This document shows, in pieces, positions 8,594 to 16,791 of a DNA stretch of 20,000 bases. The stretch is taken from assembly GCF_002087085.1 (NCBI RefSeq), contig NZ_MWQY01000019.1:52768-72767 (forward strand), written 5' to 3'. Within the stretch, counting starts at the first letter, position 1, and every line of letters starts with the position of its first letter. Both the position numbers and the translations under genes were made by a program. The notes under the pieces are model-generated. The model did not search any database. It saw only the letters and a list, made by a program, of their open reading frames with translations, and was not told where the DNA came from.

Positions 8594-8881
8594 ATGAGCG
8601 TAAACATACGGGACCTTCTTAAAGAGTACGACCTCGAAATAGATGATCTGCGCTGGTATCTGAGCATACAGATGACAGAACGCCTGTTGACCTACCGTGA
8701 GGAACCCCTGCTGCTCACGGAACTGATCTGGCGGGGGACCCTGGGAGACGAACTCTACGATATGGAAGAACGTTACCTTCGGGAATCCCAGGAACAGATG
8801 GACCGTGGAGTTCTGGATGAGACCCGTGTGCGGGAGCAGCTCAACCAGGCCCTTAGGGCCCGGCGGCTGCGGCATCGATAA
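8594..8881 (+). CDS. Hypothetical small charged helical protein (95 aa)
   Basis: Fills the gap between the HD-GYP gene and pgm without overlap; protein-like composition; upstream TTGCGT-N18-CATACT. Confidence 0.7.
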   Translation: MSVNIRDLLKEYDLEIDDLRWYLSIQMTERLLTYREEPLLLTELIWRGTLGDELYDMEERYLRESQEQMDRGVLDETRVREQLNQALRARRLRHR

Positions 8882-8888
8882 ACTTCAA

Positions 8889-10640
8889 TCAGTCCGGAAT
8901 CCAGGATTCAAGCTCCTTTCGGATCTCCTCAAGCTGCGCGGCGACATCCTCTTCTGCTTCTTCCAGCGGAACCCCCGCAGCGGAGCGGCAGGAGGCATAA
9001 AACTTTATCTTCGGCTCGGTTCCCGATGGTCTGGCGGTTACAACTGCCCCGGTCTCCAGGAAGAACTGCAGAACATTTGAAGAAGGCAGATCGATGTTGT
9101 CGTCGCTGTCCCCTTCCTCCATGTAGTAGCTTGTTCCGTAGAGATAATCCTTGATCATGGTGACTTTGCGGGATCCGATTCTCTCCGGGGGCTCTTTTCT
9201 GAGCCGCTCCATCAGGTCACCCATTATCGTCAGTCCCTTCTGCCCCTTGAAATAGGCGGAGATGAGGCTCTCCCGGAAAAGACCGAAACGGCTGTAGATA
9301 TCCTTCAGATGGTCCAGTACCGAGCGTCCCAGGGAGCGATTATAGAGGGCCATTTCCGCTGTTAAAAAGGCCGCCGATATGGCATCCTTGTCCCGGACTT
9401 CGGTTTCTATCAGGTATCCGTAGCTCTCTTCTCCACCGAAGATGTAATCCTCGTCGGTAAACTCGAATTTCTTTATCAGATCGGCGATGTACTTGAACCC
9501 GGTAAGCACGTCATAGGTCCCGGCTCCGTAGCTTTCCGCTATAAGGCGCTGAAGTTCCGTGGTGACAATGGTCTTGACCACCCGGGGCCGGGGGGGCATG
9601 GTCCCCGCTTCTTTATGGGAAAGAAGTATATAATCCTCCAGCAGACAGCCGAGCTGGTTTCCGTTTACAAGGACATACTCGCCCTGCTCGTCGGGGACGG
9701 CTATTCCCAGCCTGTCTGAATCGGGATCGGTTCCCATTACCAGGTCGGCCTTCTCCTTTTTCGCAAGAGCCAGGGCCATCTTCATGGCAGAGGCCTCCTC
9801 GGGGTTGGGAAACTCCACGGTGGGGAAGTTTCCGTCCGGCTCCCTCTGCTCAGGTACGCTTATCACCTGTATACCGGCCTCTGAAAAAATCCTCTCCACC
9901 ATCATGGTTCCTGTACCGTGGAGGGGCGTATACACGACCTTGAGTTCCCGTCCCCGCTCCTTTACCAGATCCGGCCGGAAGCTGTAGGACTTTATAAGCT
10001 CCACAAAGGCGTCGTCGATTTCCCTGTCTATCGTTACCAGAAGACCGGCGTCCTCTGCCTGCTTCAATTCCATATCCGGAACGTCCCCTTCCACGGAACG
10101 CACCTCTTCGATAATACCCTTGTCATGGGGTTCTATGATCTGCCCGCCGTCGTCCCAGTAGACCTTATATCCGTTGTATTCCTTCGGGTTGTGGGAGGCT
10201 GTAATGACAATGCCCGAAGTACATCCCAGTTTCCGAACGGCGAAGGAGAGTTCCGGAGTCGGCCGAAGGGAACTGAACAGATAGGTCTTTATGCCGTTGG
10301 CGCAGAGGGTCCTGGCGGCTGTTTCGGCAAAATCCCTGCTGAACCTGCGGGAATCGTAGGCGATGGCCGCCGAGGGATTTTCCGAACCGGAGTTCTCCCG
10401 TATATAGTATGCAAGTCCCTGGGTTGCCCTGCGGACCATGAGAGGGTTCATGCGGTTGTAGCCGCCGCCGATTACCCCCCTCAGGCCGCCGGTACCGAAG
10501 GCGAGCTGAGTATAAAAGCGATCGGAGAGCTCATCCCAGTTTTCCGCCGCCAGAAGATTCTCCATCTCCTGCCGGAAATAGTCGTGTTTTTCCTGCTGTA
10601 TATATTCCTTTGCCCTGGAGATCAGTTCATTTCTATCCAT
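8889..10640 (-). CDS. pgm: Phosphoglucomutase/phosphomannomutase (phospho-sugar mutase)
   Basis: FGTGGLRG, catalytic ITASHNP, metal loop DPDSDR, GEESYG and RPSGTEPKIK; SD AAGGAG. Confidence 0.93.
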   Translation of the reverse strand: MDRNELISRAKEYIQQEKHDYFRQEMENLLAAENWDELSDRFYTQLAFGTGGLRGVIGGGYNRMNPLMVRRATQGLAYYIRENSGSENPSAAIAYDSRRFSRDFAETAARTLCANGIKTYLFSSLRPTPELSFAVRKLGCTSGIVITASHNPKEYNGYKVYWDDGGQIIEPHDKGIIEEVRSVEGDVPDMELKQAEDAGLLVTIDREIDDAFVELIKSYSFRPDLVKERGRELKVVYTPLHGTGTMMVERIFSEAGIQVISVPEQREPDGNFPTVEFPNPEEASAMKMALALAKKEKADLVMGTDPDSDRLGIAVPDEQGEYVLVNGNQLGCLLEDYILLSHKEAGTMPPRPRVVKTIVTTELQRLIAESYGAGTYDVLTGFKYIADLIKKFEFTDEDYIFGGEESYGYLIETEVRDKDAISAAFLTAEMALYNRSLGRSVLDHLKDIYSRFGLFRESLISAYFKGQKGLTIMGDLMERLRKEPPERIGSRKVTMIKDYLYGTSYYMEEGDSDDNIDLPSSNVLQFFLETGAVVTARPSGTEPKIKFYASCRSAAGVPLEEAEEDVAAQLEEIRKELESWIPD

Positions 10641-10719
10641 TTTTTCTTCTCCTTACTGAATTCGTAGCACGAAAGAGGATGGAGCGCAACAAGAACCGTT
10701 ATCAAACAAAAAAAGATCC

Positions 10720-10748
10720 TTGCCAAGGGAGGGCTTCTCTCCTATGCT
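10720..10748 (+). promoter_or_regulatory. Putative sigma70 promoter, probably giving a leaderless transcript
   Basis: TTGCCA-N17-TATGCT ending 6 nt before GTG 10755. Confidence 0.6.
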
Positions 10749-10754
10749 GAAAAC

Positions 10755-11696
10755 GTGGTTTCATTAGTACCTGTAGCAAGCGGAAAAGGAGGGGTCGGGA
10801 AATCCCTGATCACCGCCAATCTCGGTTTGAGCCTCGCCCGGAAAGGAAAAACCGTTATCATGGTTGATCTGGACCTGGGGGGATCGAACCTTCACTCTTT
10901 TATCGGCGTTAAAAACAAGCACACCGGCATAGGCGGATACATCTACAAACAGGCGGAGAACCTGGAGGAGTGTATTCTTCCAACGGAGTATCCCAAACTC
11001 TTCCTGATTCCCGGAGACTCCCTTCTTCCGGGCACAGCCAACCTTCCCTTCTTTACCAAGCAGAAGATCATCAGGGAACTGCAGAACTCGGTAGCGGATA
11101 TCGTTCTTCTGGATCTGGGTGCCGGGAGTTCCTACAACACGGTGGATTTTTTCCTTTCCGCCTGGTCCGGACTGATCGTCACCACCGGAGAACCGACATC
11201 CATTCTGAATGCCTACTCCTTTCTGAAAACAGCTGTCTTCAGGCTGATGCTGCGGAGTTTCCCTGCGAAATCGAGCGAACGCGCCATGGTGCAGGATTTT
11301 GTGGGTACAAAGATTGAAGGCGGCGAAGGTTCGCTCTACGACCTGCTCGATGCGCTGTACGCGGTAAACCCCGAATCCGGCCTCAACCTCAAGGAAAACC
11401 TCAGGAAACTTGTACCGCGGGTCGTGGTAAACATGGGCAGATCGGAAATGGACCTGCAGATCGGGAAAAAACTCAGGGACATAAGCCGCAAAAACATCGG
11501 GATTGAAATGGAGTATCTCTCGTTTCTGCCCTACGATGAGTCGGCACGAAACGCCCTTATCCGGAGGTCGCCTCTTATCGAGCTGTCTCCGGGGTCGGAG
11601 TTCAGCCGCAAGCTCGACATTCTGGCCTCGAACCTGATCTCCCGGCTGAAAGGGGAAGGTCCGGAGCTTCACGACGGGGATGTTGAAGAATTGTAG
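10755..11696 (+). CDS. MinD/ParA/FlhG-family P-loop ATPase
   Basis: Deviant Walker A SGKGGVGKS, switch I VDLDLGGSNLH, Walker B LLDLGAG, EPTSILNAY and VVNM. Confidence 0.88.
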   Translation: MVSLVPVASGKGGVGKSLITANLGLSLARKGKTVIMVDLDLGGSNLHSFIGVKNKHTGIGGYIYKQAENLEECILPTEYPKLFLIPGDSLLPGTANLPFFTKQKIIRELQNSVADIVLLDLGAGSSYNTVDFFLSAWSGLIVTTGEPTSILNAYSFLKTAVFRLMLRSFPAKSSERAMVQDFVGTKIEGGEGSLYDLLDALYAVNPESGLNLKENLRKLVPRVVVNMGRSEMDLQIGKKLRDISRKNIGIEMEYLSFLPYDESARNALIRRSPLIELSPGSEFSRKLDILASNLISRLKGEGPELHDGDVEEL

Positions 11697-11715
11697 AAAG
11701 AGTGCTTTCCGGTGA

Positions 11716-12729
11716 TCAGGGATAGGTTTTACGGAAACCTTCTACCCTGGCGGAAGCGGCCTCGGAAAGCGGAGAGATTCGTCCTTCCTTCAGGTAATGA
11801 TAGCCAAGACCGGCGATCATGGCACCGTTGTCGGTACAGAGTTCCAGGGGGGGAAACAGCACCTCCAGCCCCCTGACATCCGCCAGGCTTGAACGCAGGT
11901 AGCTGTTGGCTGCAACGCCGCCTCCGACTACCACACGATCAAGAGCCGTATCCTCAACCGCCCGTAAAAGCCGTTTTACCAGAATATCGATCGCCCTCTT
12001 CTGGAAAGAGGCAGCGATATTCTCCAGGGACTTTTCGGAAACCCCGTCCCAGAACTGGTCGATCTGGTTGATAACCGCATTTTTAAGGCCGGAATAGCTG
12101 ACATCGTAGCGGTGATCGCCTTTGTGCAGGTTGGGTCCGGGAAAAGCGAAGGCCTGGGGATTACCCGTCTGCGCCAGGCGATCGATGGCAACCCCTCCGG
12201 GGTATCCCATGTCGTAGTATTTTGCCACCTTGTCAAAAGCCTCGCCGCAGGCGTCATCGATGGTAGTTCCCATTACCCGAATGTCATCCACCCCGTCGAC
12301 CCTGCAGATCATGGTGTGCCCGCCGGAGACCAGGAGCCCCAGAAAGGGATAGGATATTTCCCTCTCGAGCTGAGGGGCGTAGAGATGGGCCTTTACGTGG
12401 TTTACCGTGGTATAGGGAATCCCGAGGGCCAGGGCCAGTCCCTTGGCGAAGGAGAGCCCCACAAGAAGGGAGCCCACCAGGCCGGGTCGGCTGGTGACGG
12501 CGATGCCGTCGAGATCTTCCAGGGCGAGCTCTCCGCGGTGCAGGGTCTCGGTAAAGGTGTCCCGGATCCACTCGGTATGAGTCCGGGAGGCGATCTCCGG
12601 GACCACCCCCATAAAGGGACGGTGAATGTCTATCTGGGTTGCGACGATGCTGCTGAGGATGTGCCTTCCGTTTTCAACAACAGCGATACTGCACTCGTCA
12701 CAGGAGGTCTCTATACCAAGAACCTTCAT
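11716..12729 (-). CDS. tsaD: tRNA N6-threonylcarbamoyladenosine transferase TsaD (Kae1/Gcp family)
   Basis: LGIETSCDE, VVPEIASRTH, NHVKAH, LLVSGGHT, DDACGEAFDK, GGVAAN and CTDNGAMIA. ATGA overlap with the upstream gene. Confidence 0.96.
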   Translation of the reverse strand: MKVLGIETSCDECSIAVVENGRHILSSIVATQIDIHRPFMGVVPEIASRTHTEWIRDTFTETLHRGELALEDLDGIAVTSRPGLVGSLLVGLSFAKGLALALGIPYTTVNHVKAHLYAPQLEREISYPFLGLLVSGGHTMICRVDGVDDIRVMGTTIDDACGEAFDKVAKYYDMGYPGGVAIDRLAQTGNPQAFAFPGPNLHKGDHRYDVSYSGLKNAVINQIDQFWDGVSEKSLENIAASFQKRAIDILVKRLLRAVEDTALDRVVVGGGVAANSYLRSSLADVRGLEVLFPPLELCTDNGAMIAGLGYHYLKEGRISPLSEAASARVEGFRKTYP

Positions 12730-13649
12730 TCCTCCAGATCCAGCCTTCCCAGGTAGATCATCGATCCAATATCGTCAAAGCTGAACCCCTTCTCGGTGAA
12801 CTCCGGATAGAGATCAAGAAGCAGCTCAGCCAGGTGCTCATCCCACACATGCCCGATCATAACGGCCCTTCCGCTGGTCTCAGCCAGGGAAAAGCCCGAC
12901 CGCAGGGCCCGTTCAATATAATCCCGTTCTCGTTCGTTGTCTAAAAACATGCTGTTCCTTTCTGCATACGGCAAAGAAATCTCCGCTGCGATCCTTCCTG
13001 CGACGCTTTCTCCGGTGGTTACGGAATCGAGAAAAAACATATTTCGTTCCTTCAGATACTCCAGAACCATCCTCATGGTTTCTCCGTCCGCCGTGGCCTT
13101 TGATCCCATATGGTTATTGATACCCGGGGCTCCACCCAGGGTTGCAAGATTTGTGTCGAGCAGGGTGTAGATTTCCTCTTTGCTCATGCCGGTAAAGATT
13201 GCCCCCTCCCCTGGATCGGCATCGCCCACAGGTTCCATGGGCTGATGCATAATATAATACTTTTTTGCCTTTTGGATAAGCTCCACTGACTCTCTGGTAT
13301 AGCGGCGCCGGGGCATCACGGCAAAGGTTACAGGTATGGGAAGGGAGAGGAAGGGTTCCAGTTCTTCAAGACTGTTGCCCACATCGTCGATGACGATAAA
13401 AACTTCAGGTGCCACGGGAAGGACGGCAGATGCCTTTCCTTCCGGTTTTGAAGGAACAATCACAGGGGGTTCCACCGGTCTTTCAGGCTCTGAAACAGGC
13501 AGTACCGCCCTGTCGGTTTCCGTTCTTTCCATCCAGCCCCGGACAAGGGCGATGGATATTCCAAGCATAAGCGCTGTCGTACCGAGAAGCAGGTAACTAA
13601 AATATAATTTTGATTTTCCCCGGGTACCGGTGGAGCCGGATTTTCTCAT
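12726..13649 (-). CDS. Divergent polysaccharide deacetylase family protein (YibQ/Polysacc_deac_2), N-terminal membrane anchor
   Basis: IVIDDVG, TFAVMP, MHQPMEP, GINNHMGS, FFLDS, FLDN and IGH. ATG 13649 is chosen because the TTG at 13658 overlaps the -10 box. Confidence 0.9.
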   Translation of the reverse strand: MRKSGSTGTRGKSKLYFSYLLLGTTALMLGISIALVRGWMERTETDRAVLPVSEPERPVEPPVIVPSKPEGKASAVLPVAPEVFIVIDDVGNSLEELEPFLSLPIPVTFAVMPRRRYTRESVELIQKAKKYYIMHQPMEPVGDADPGEGAIFTGMSKEEIYTLLDTNLATLGGAPGINNHMGSKATADGETMRMVLEYLKERNMFFLDSVTTGESVAGRIAAEISLPYAERNSMFLDNERERDYIERALRSGFSLAETSGRAVMIGHVWDEHLAELLLDLYPEFTEKGFSFDDIGSMIYLGRLDLEE

Positions 13650-13657
13650 TCCCACCA

Positions 13658-13686
13658 ATGGTACGAATATTATTCCCGAGGGTCAA
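13658..13686 (-). promoter_or_regulatory. Putative sigma70 promoter for deacetylase-tsaD
   Basis: Minus strand TTGACC-N17-TACCAT, ending 8 nt before ATG 13649. Confidence 0.65.
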
Positions 13687-13692
13687 TCAATC

Positions 13693-14532
13693 CTACTGAT
13701 ATACATACTCCCGAAGTTCGTCGGCATGTTCCCGGAGCTTTCTGATGGCCCGCATCTCGATCTGGCGGACTGTTTCCGGAGAGATTCCCATACGCTCACC
13801 GATGGACTTGAGGGTATACTTCTTACCGCCGTAGAAAGAAAAGCGGTACAGCAGGATCTGTCGTTCCTTTTCCATCAGGTGTTCAAGAAAGCGCATGGTA
13901 TCTTCGTGCATGCTTTTTTTTATGAGTTCGCTGTCCGGATCGTAGGTATAGTCCTCGCACATGTCCATCAGGGTTCCGGATTCGAAATTCTCATCGCTGT
14001 CCAGGGAGGCAATGGCACTGGAAGCATTCAGCAGCGATCCGACCTCTTCGGCCGCCATTCCCAGCTCCCGGGCCACCTGGTCGACGGTCGGTTTCTGCTG
14101 CAGGCGCTGGGTAAGGGTATAATAGGTTTTCTGAATCTTCTTCAGGGCTTCTTCCTTGCGGTGGGGCAGACGAATGACCCGCCGTTTATTCGACAGAGCC
14201 CGGACTATGGACTGCTTGATCCACCAGGCAGCATAGGTGCTGAAGCGAACGTTCCTTCTGTAGTCATATTTACTTGCGGCCTTTATAAGGCCCAGATTAC
14301 CTTCCTGTACAATGTCGAGAAAGCTTACATCCGTCGAGGCGTAGGCCTTGGCGATTTTAACAACAAGTCGTAAATTGGCCTTAATCAGTTTTTCCCGGGC
14401 AAGCTCGTCACCCTGCATAATGCGGCGTGATAAATCCAGTTCTTCCTCAAAACTCAAGAGGGGTGTCGTTTTTATCTGCTGGAAGTAGGCCTTCAGGGAG
14501 TCTTCGCTCCGGGTAGCCTTTCTAGCTTTCAT
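13693..14532 (-). CDS. rpoS: Alternative sigma70-family factor lacking region 1.1 (spirochete RpoS-like)
   Basis: Region 1.2 DSLKAY..PLL; region 2 ANLRLVVKIAK, QEGNLGL, FSTYAAWWIKQ; region 3 RVIRLP; region 4 TLKSIG..ETVRQIE. ATG 14532 has SD AAGGAG. The symbol rests on the recalled Borrelia gene order and the sigma54 promoter, not on a search. Confidence 0.8.
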   Translation of the reverse strand: MKARKATRSEDSLKAYFQQIKTTPLLSFEEELDLSRRIMQGDELAREKLIKANLRLVVKIAKAYASTDVSFLDIVQEGNLGLIKAASKYDYRRNVRFSTYAAWWIKQSIVRALSNKRRVIRLPHRKEEALKKIQKTYYTLTQRLQQKPTVDQVARELGMAAEEVGSLLNASSAIASLDSDENFESGTLMDMCEDYTYDPDSELIKKSMHEDTMRFLEHLMEKERQILLYRFSFYGGKKYTLKSIGERMGISPETVRQIEMRAIRKLREHADELREYVYQ

Positions 14533-14557
14533 GGCACTCTCCTTACACAAGTATATA

Positions 14558-14574
14558 TGCAAAGTCCGTGCCAA
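14558..14574 (-). promoter_or_regulatory. sigma54 (RpoN) -24/-12 promoter of the sigma factor gene
   Basis: Minus strand TTGGCACGGACTTTGCA matches YTGGCACG-N4-TTGCW. Predicted TSS is near 14547, just upstream of the SD. Confidence 0.88.
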
Positions 14575-14685
14575 TTGAGACGATCGGTCTATGGGGATAA
14601 TAAATCTTTACAGTGTAGATATTTGAATACCGACTGGCTTATTTCCGGATCCCCTGGGGTTATTTGTTATACAAAAGTATACACA

Positions 14686-14997
14686 TCAGATCGGAAGTGT
14701 ATGTTTCTGTGAAAGCTGCCTGTAGAGCATGTCGGCGAGTCCCAGATTTGCGGAGTCGGACATCTTCCGGGCATATTTTTCATAGAGCATGTCCTCAAAG
14801 ATATCCTCCGCCATTCCCCCCTGCATAAGACCGCTTTTATTTATCGTTTTGCGCATGCTGTTCAGCATCTGCTCCAGCAGGATGGTTTCAAACTCCTTGC
14901 AGGCTTCCTTGAGAGCCTGCTGATCGCCGGCTTTGGGGGCCTTCGGGGTGTTCAGCGGCCTGTAACTCTCCATCATCTGCAGGGTATTCAATTCCAT
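14686..14997 (-). CDS. flgJ: Single-domain FlgJ (rod-binding domain only, no muramidase)
   Basis: LKEACKEFETILLEQMLNSMRKT..AEDIFEDML..LGLADMLYRQL; follows flgI; SD GGAGGT. Confidence 0.9.
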   Translation of the reverse strand: MELNTLQMMESYRPLNTPKAPKAGDQQALKEACKEFETILLEQMLNSMRKTINKSGLMQGGMAEDIFEDMLYEKYARKMSDSANLGLADMLYRQLSQKHTLPI

Positions 14998-14998
14998 C

Positions 14999-16036
14999 TT
15001 ACATTACCTCCAGGGTTCCGTAGAGAGCTCCGGCATGATCAACGGCCTGCAGGATTTCGATAAGACCCTTGGTATCGACCCCGATCTCCCGCAGAAGGTC
15101 AACAAAGTCCTCAACAGTCGGCCGCTGCTCAATCAGGAAGCTCTCACTCTCCTTATCGGAATAAAGATCGTCATCCATTATGCTGATTTTCAGCCCCTGA
15201 TACGAGACTGCCACCTTTCCTATGCGGACGTCTTTTCCCATCACCACAACACCGGTGCGGGGATTGACCACCACCCGGTCGGTAAAGCCGGGGGGTACGC
15301 TGAGGTTCTCGAGCTGGGCAATCATTTCCACCGTTCGTTCTGCGTACTCTTCGGGAATCCGCACACTGATCCGGGCTGCATCGGCAAAGGCCACCTCAAA
15401 CTCACTGTTCTCCCGGATGGCCCTGGAAACCGCCGCGGCAGTACTGAAATCAGGTTCCTTGAGAAGAATGCTGACCGTACCGTTTTCGCTGACCCGGGAG
15501 TTTACCGCCCGTTCCATTATTCCGCCGCCGGGCAGAGAAGCTACAGTATCGTTGGAGGAACCGCTTATACCCGGGATACTGCCCTGGGCCACAGCGTATA
15601 CGGCACCGTCCGCTCCTTTCAGGGCTGTCTGCAGAAGCACCCCGCCGATCAGGGATTTTGCATCGCCGATACTGGACACCCGTACGCTTATACGCTCTCC
15701 CGGCTGCACATAGGCGGGAAGATCCGCGGTCACCAGCACCACGGCGCTGTTCTTGCTGCGGATATCCCGTTCGCTCACCTGCTCAGCAAAGTTGGATACC
15801 ATGTTTGCCAGAAAGCGCCTCATAAGGGGAGAAGACTGGGAGTCCCCCTTACCCGCAAGGCCGGTCACAATGCCGAGTCCGGCGAGCTGGTTCTCCCTGA
15901 ACCCCTCTACCACCGATATCTCCCGCAGACGGATCTCATCCTGGGCAAAAAGCGGGGGATTTCCGACAACCGGGCTGAGAAAAAAGATGGATACCGCGAG
16001 CAGTATCAGTTTATATTTCTGTGGTAGTGTCTTCAT
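14999..16036 (-). CDS. flgI: Flagellar P-ring protein FlgI
   Basis: Signal peptide, RENQLAGLGIVTGLAGKGD, KNSAVVLVTADLP, VSSIGDAKSL.GG.LL, VYAVAQG, VVVNPRTGVVV and AGAL. Confidence 0.95.
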   Translation of the reverse strand: MKTLPQKYKLILLAVSIFFLSPVVGNPPLFAQDEIRLREISVVEGFRENQLAGLGIVTGLAGKGDSQSSPLMRRFLANMVSNFAEQVSERDIRSKNSAVVLVTADLPAYVQPGERISVRVSSIGDAKSLIGGVLLQTALKGADGAVYAVAQGSIPGISGSSNDTVASLPGGGIMERAVNSRVSENGTVSILLKEPDFSTAAAVSRAIRENSEFEVAFADAARISVRIPEEYAERTVEMIAQLENLSVPPGFTDRVVVNPRTGVVVMGKDVRIGKVAVSYQGLKISIMDDDLYSDKESESFLIEQRPTVEDFVDLLREIGVDTKGLIEILQAVDHAGALYGTLEVM

Positions 16037-16755
16037 CAGAACCTGACCTCCCCTTCACCGGGACCTGTAAGCAGGGCGTCAAACCTGCGGCGGGTATGGG
16101 TCAGGGTAACCGGCACACGGTCGCCGACTTCGGCACCGCGATTGGTCCTGCCCTCCGCCTCAATAATTAAGCCCTTTCGGGATATGTAGACGGTAATACG
16201 GCTTCCCGCCGGAACCCGTTCTCGATCCTTTTCCGGGGTTTTCAGGAATACCACCGGTACCGGGTTATGATCCGGATCTCCGGTCTCGAGAAACCAGCCT
16301 GACCCCCGCCTGCCTGGACGAAGGTCCTGTGCCCCGGACAGCGGGATGATATCTGCTTCCGATATGGAGAAACCGTCCCCGCCGTTTCCTGATTCCCGAC
16401 TGATCAGGGATTCAATTTTTCGTAACAGAGGGCCCAGGGTATGGTTATTTACGGATGAAAAGCCTTCAGGAATCAACCAGATTCCACTGCCGATAAGCGC
16501 CCCGGGAAGACCTCCCGGAACAATACCGGAAATACCCTTCTGGCTCAGATAGACAAAGCGCCCTTCCGTCTCGACAGGAAGGGCTTCATCGTACAGTTCA
16601 TGGGCTGCCGGCACAAGGAAAAGATCCTTTATCCGTACATCTCCTCCGACCCTGACCTGTTCAGCCAGATAGAAGGTTTCCCCGTTCAGTCGACCGATTC
16701 CCGCAGTCAGAACCAGCACAATAAGCAGCACGGAAAACCCAGGAAAAACCTTCAT
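16036..16755 (-). CDS. flgA: Divergent FlgA-like P-ring assembly chaperone
   Basis: Signal peptide. C-terminal VPAGSRITV..GLIIEAEGR..AEVGDRVPV..GPGEGEV resembles the FlgA C-terminal domain. Lies between flgG and flgI with a TGATG overlap. Confidence 0.7.
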   Translation of the reverse strand: MKVFPGFSVLLIVLVLTAGIGRLNGETFYLAEQVRVGGDVRIKDLFLVPAAHELYDEALPVETEGRFVYLSQKGISGIVPGGLPGALIGSGIWLIPEGFSSVNNHTLGPLLRKIESLISRESGNGGDGFSISEADIIPLSGAQDLRPGRRGSGWFLETGDPDHNPVPVVFLKTPEKDRERVPAGSRITVYISRKGLIIEAEGRTNRGAEVGDRVPVTLTHTRRRFDALLTGPGEGEVRF

Positions 16756-16791
16756 ATCACAGCATACCCATTCTATCCTGGTATATCAGGA

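Noticed and set aside
10764..11672. 302-aa minus-strand ORF
   Set aside because: Antisense shadow of the ATPase gene.
11696..11709. GAAAG-AGTG-CTTTC hairpin between the convergent ATPase and tsaD genes
   Set aside because: A 5-bp stem without a U-tract is too weak to call a terminator.
14532..14547. Plus-strand TGGCAC-N5-TTAC as an opposing sigma54 promoter
   Set aside because: It lacks the -12 GC dinucleotide and is explained by the SD and start-codon sequence on the other strand.
14533..14574. TTG start at 14574 giving a 293-aa sigma factor
   Set aside because: The TTG is part of the sigma54 -24 element and lies upstream of the predicted TSS. ATG 14532 has a good SD.
15035..16027. 330-aa plus-strand ORF
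   Set aside because: Antisense shadow of flgI with no recognisable motifs.
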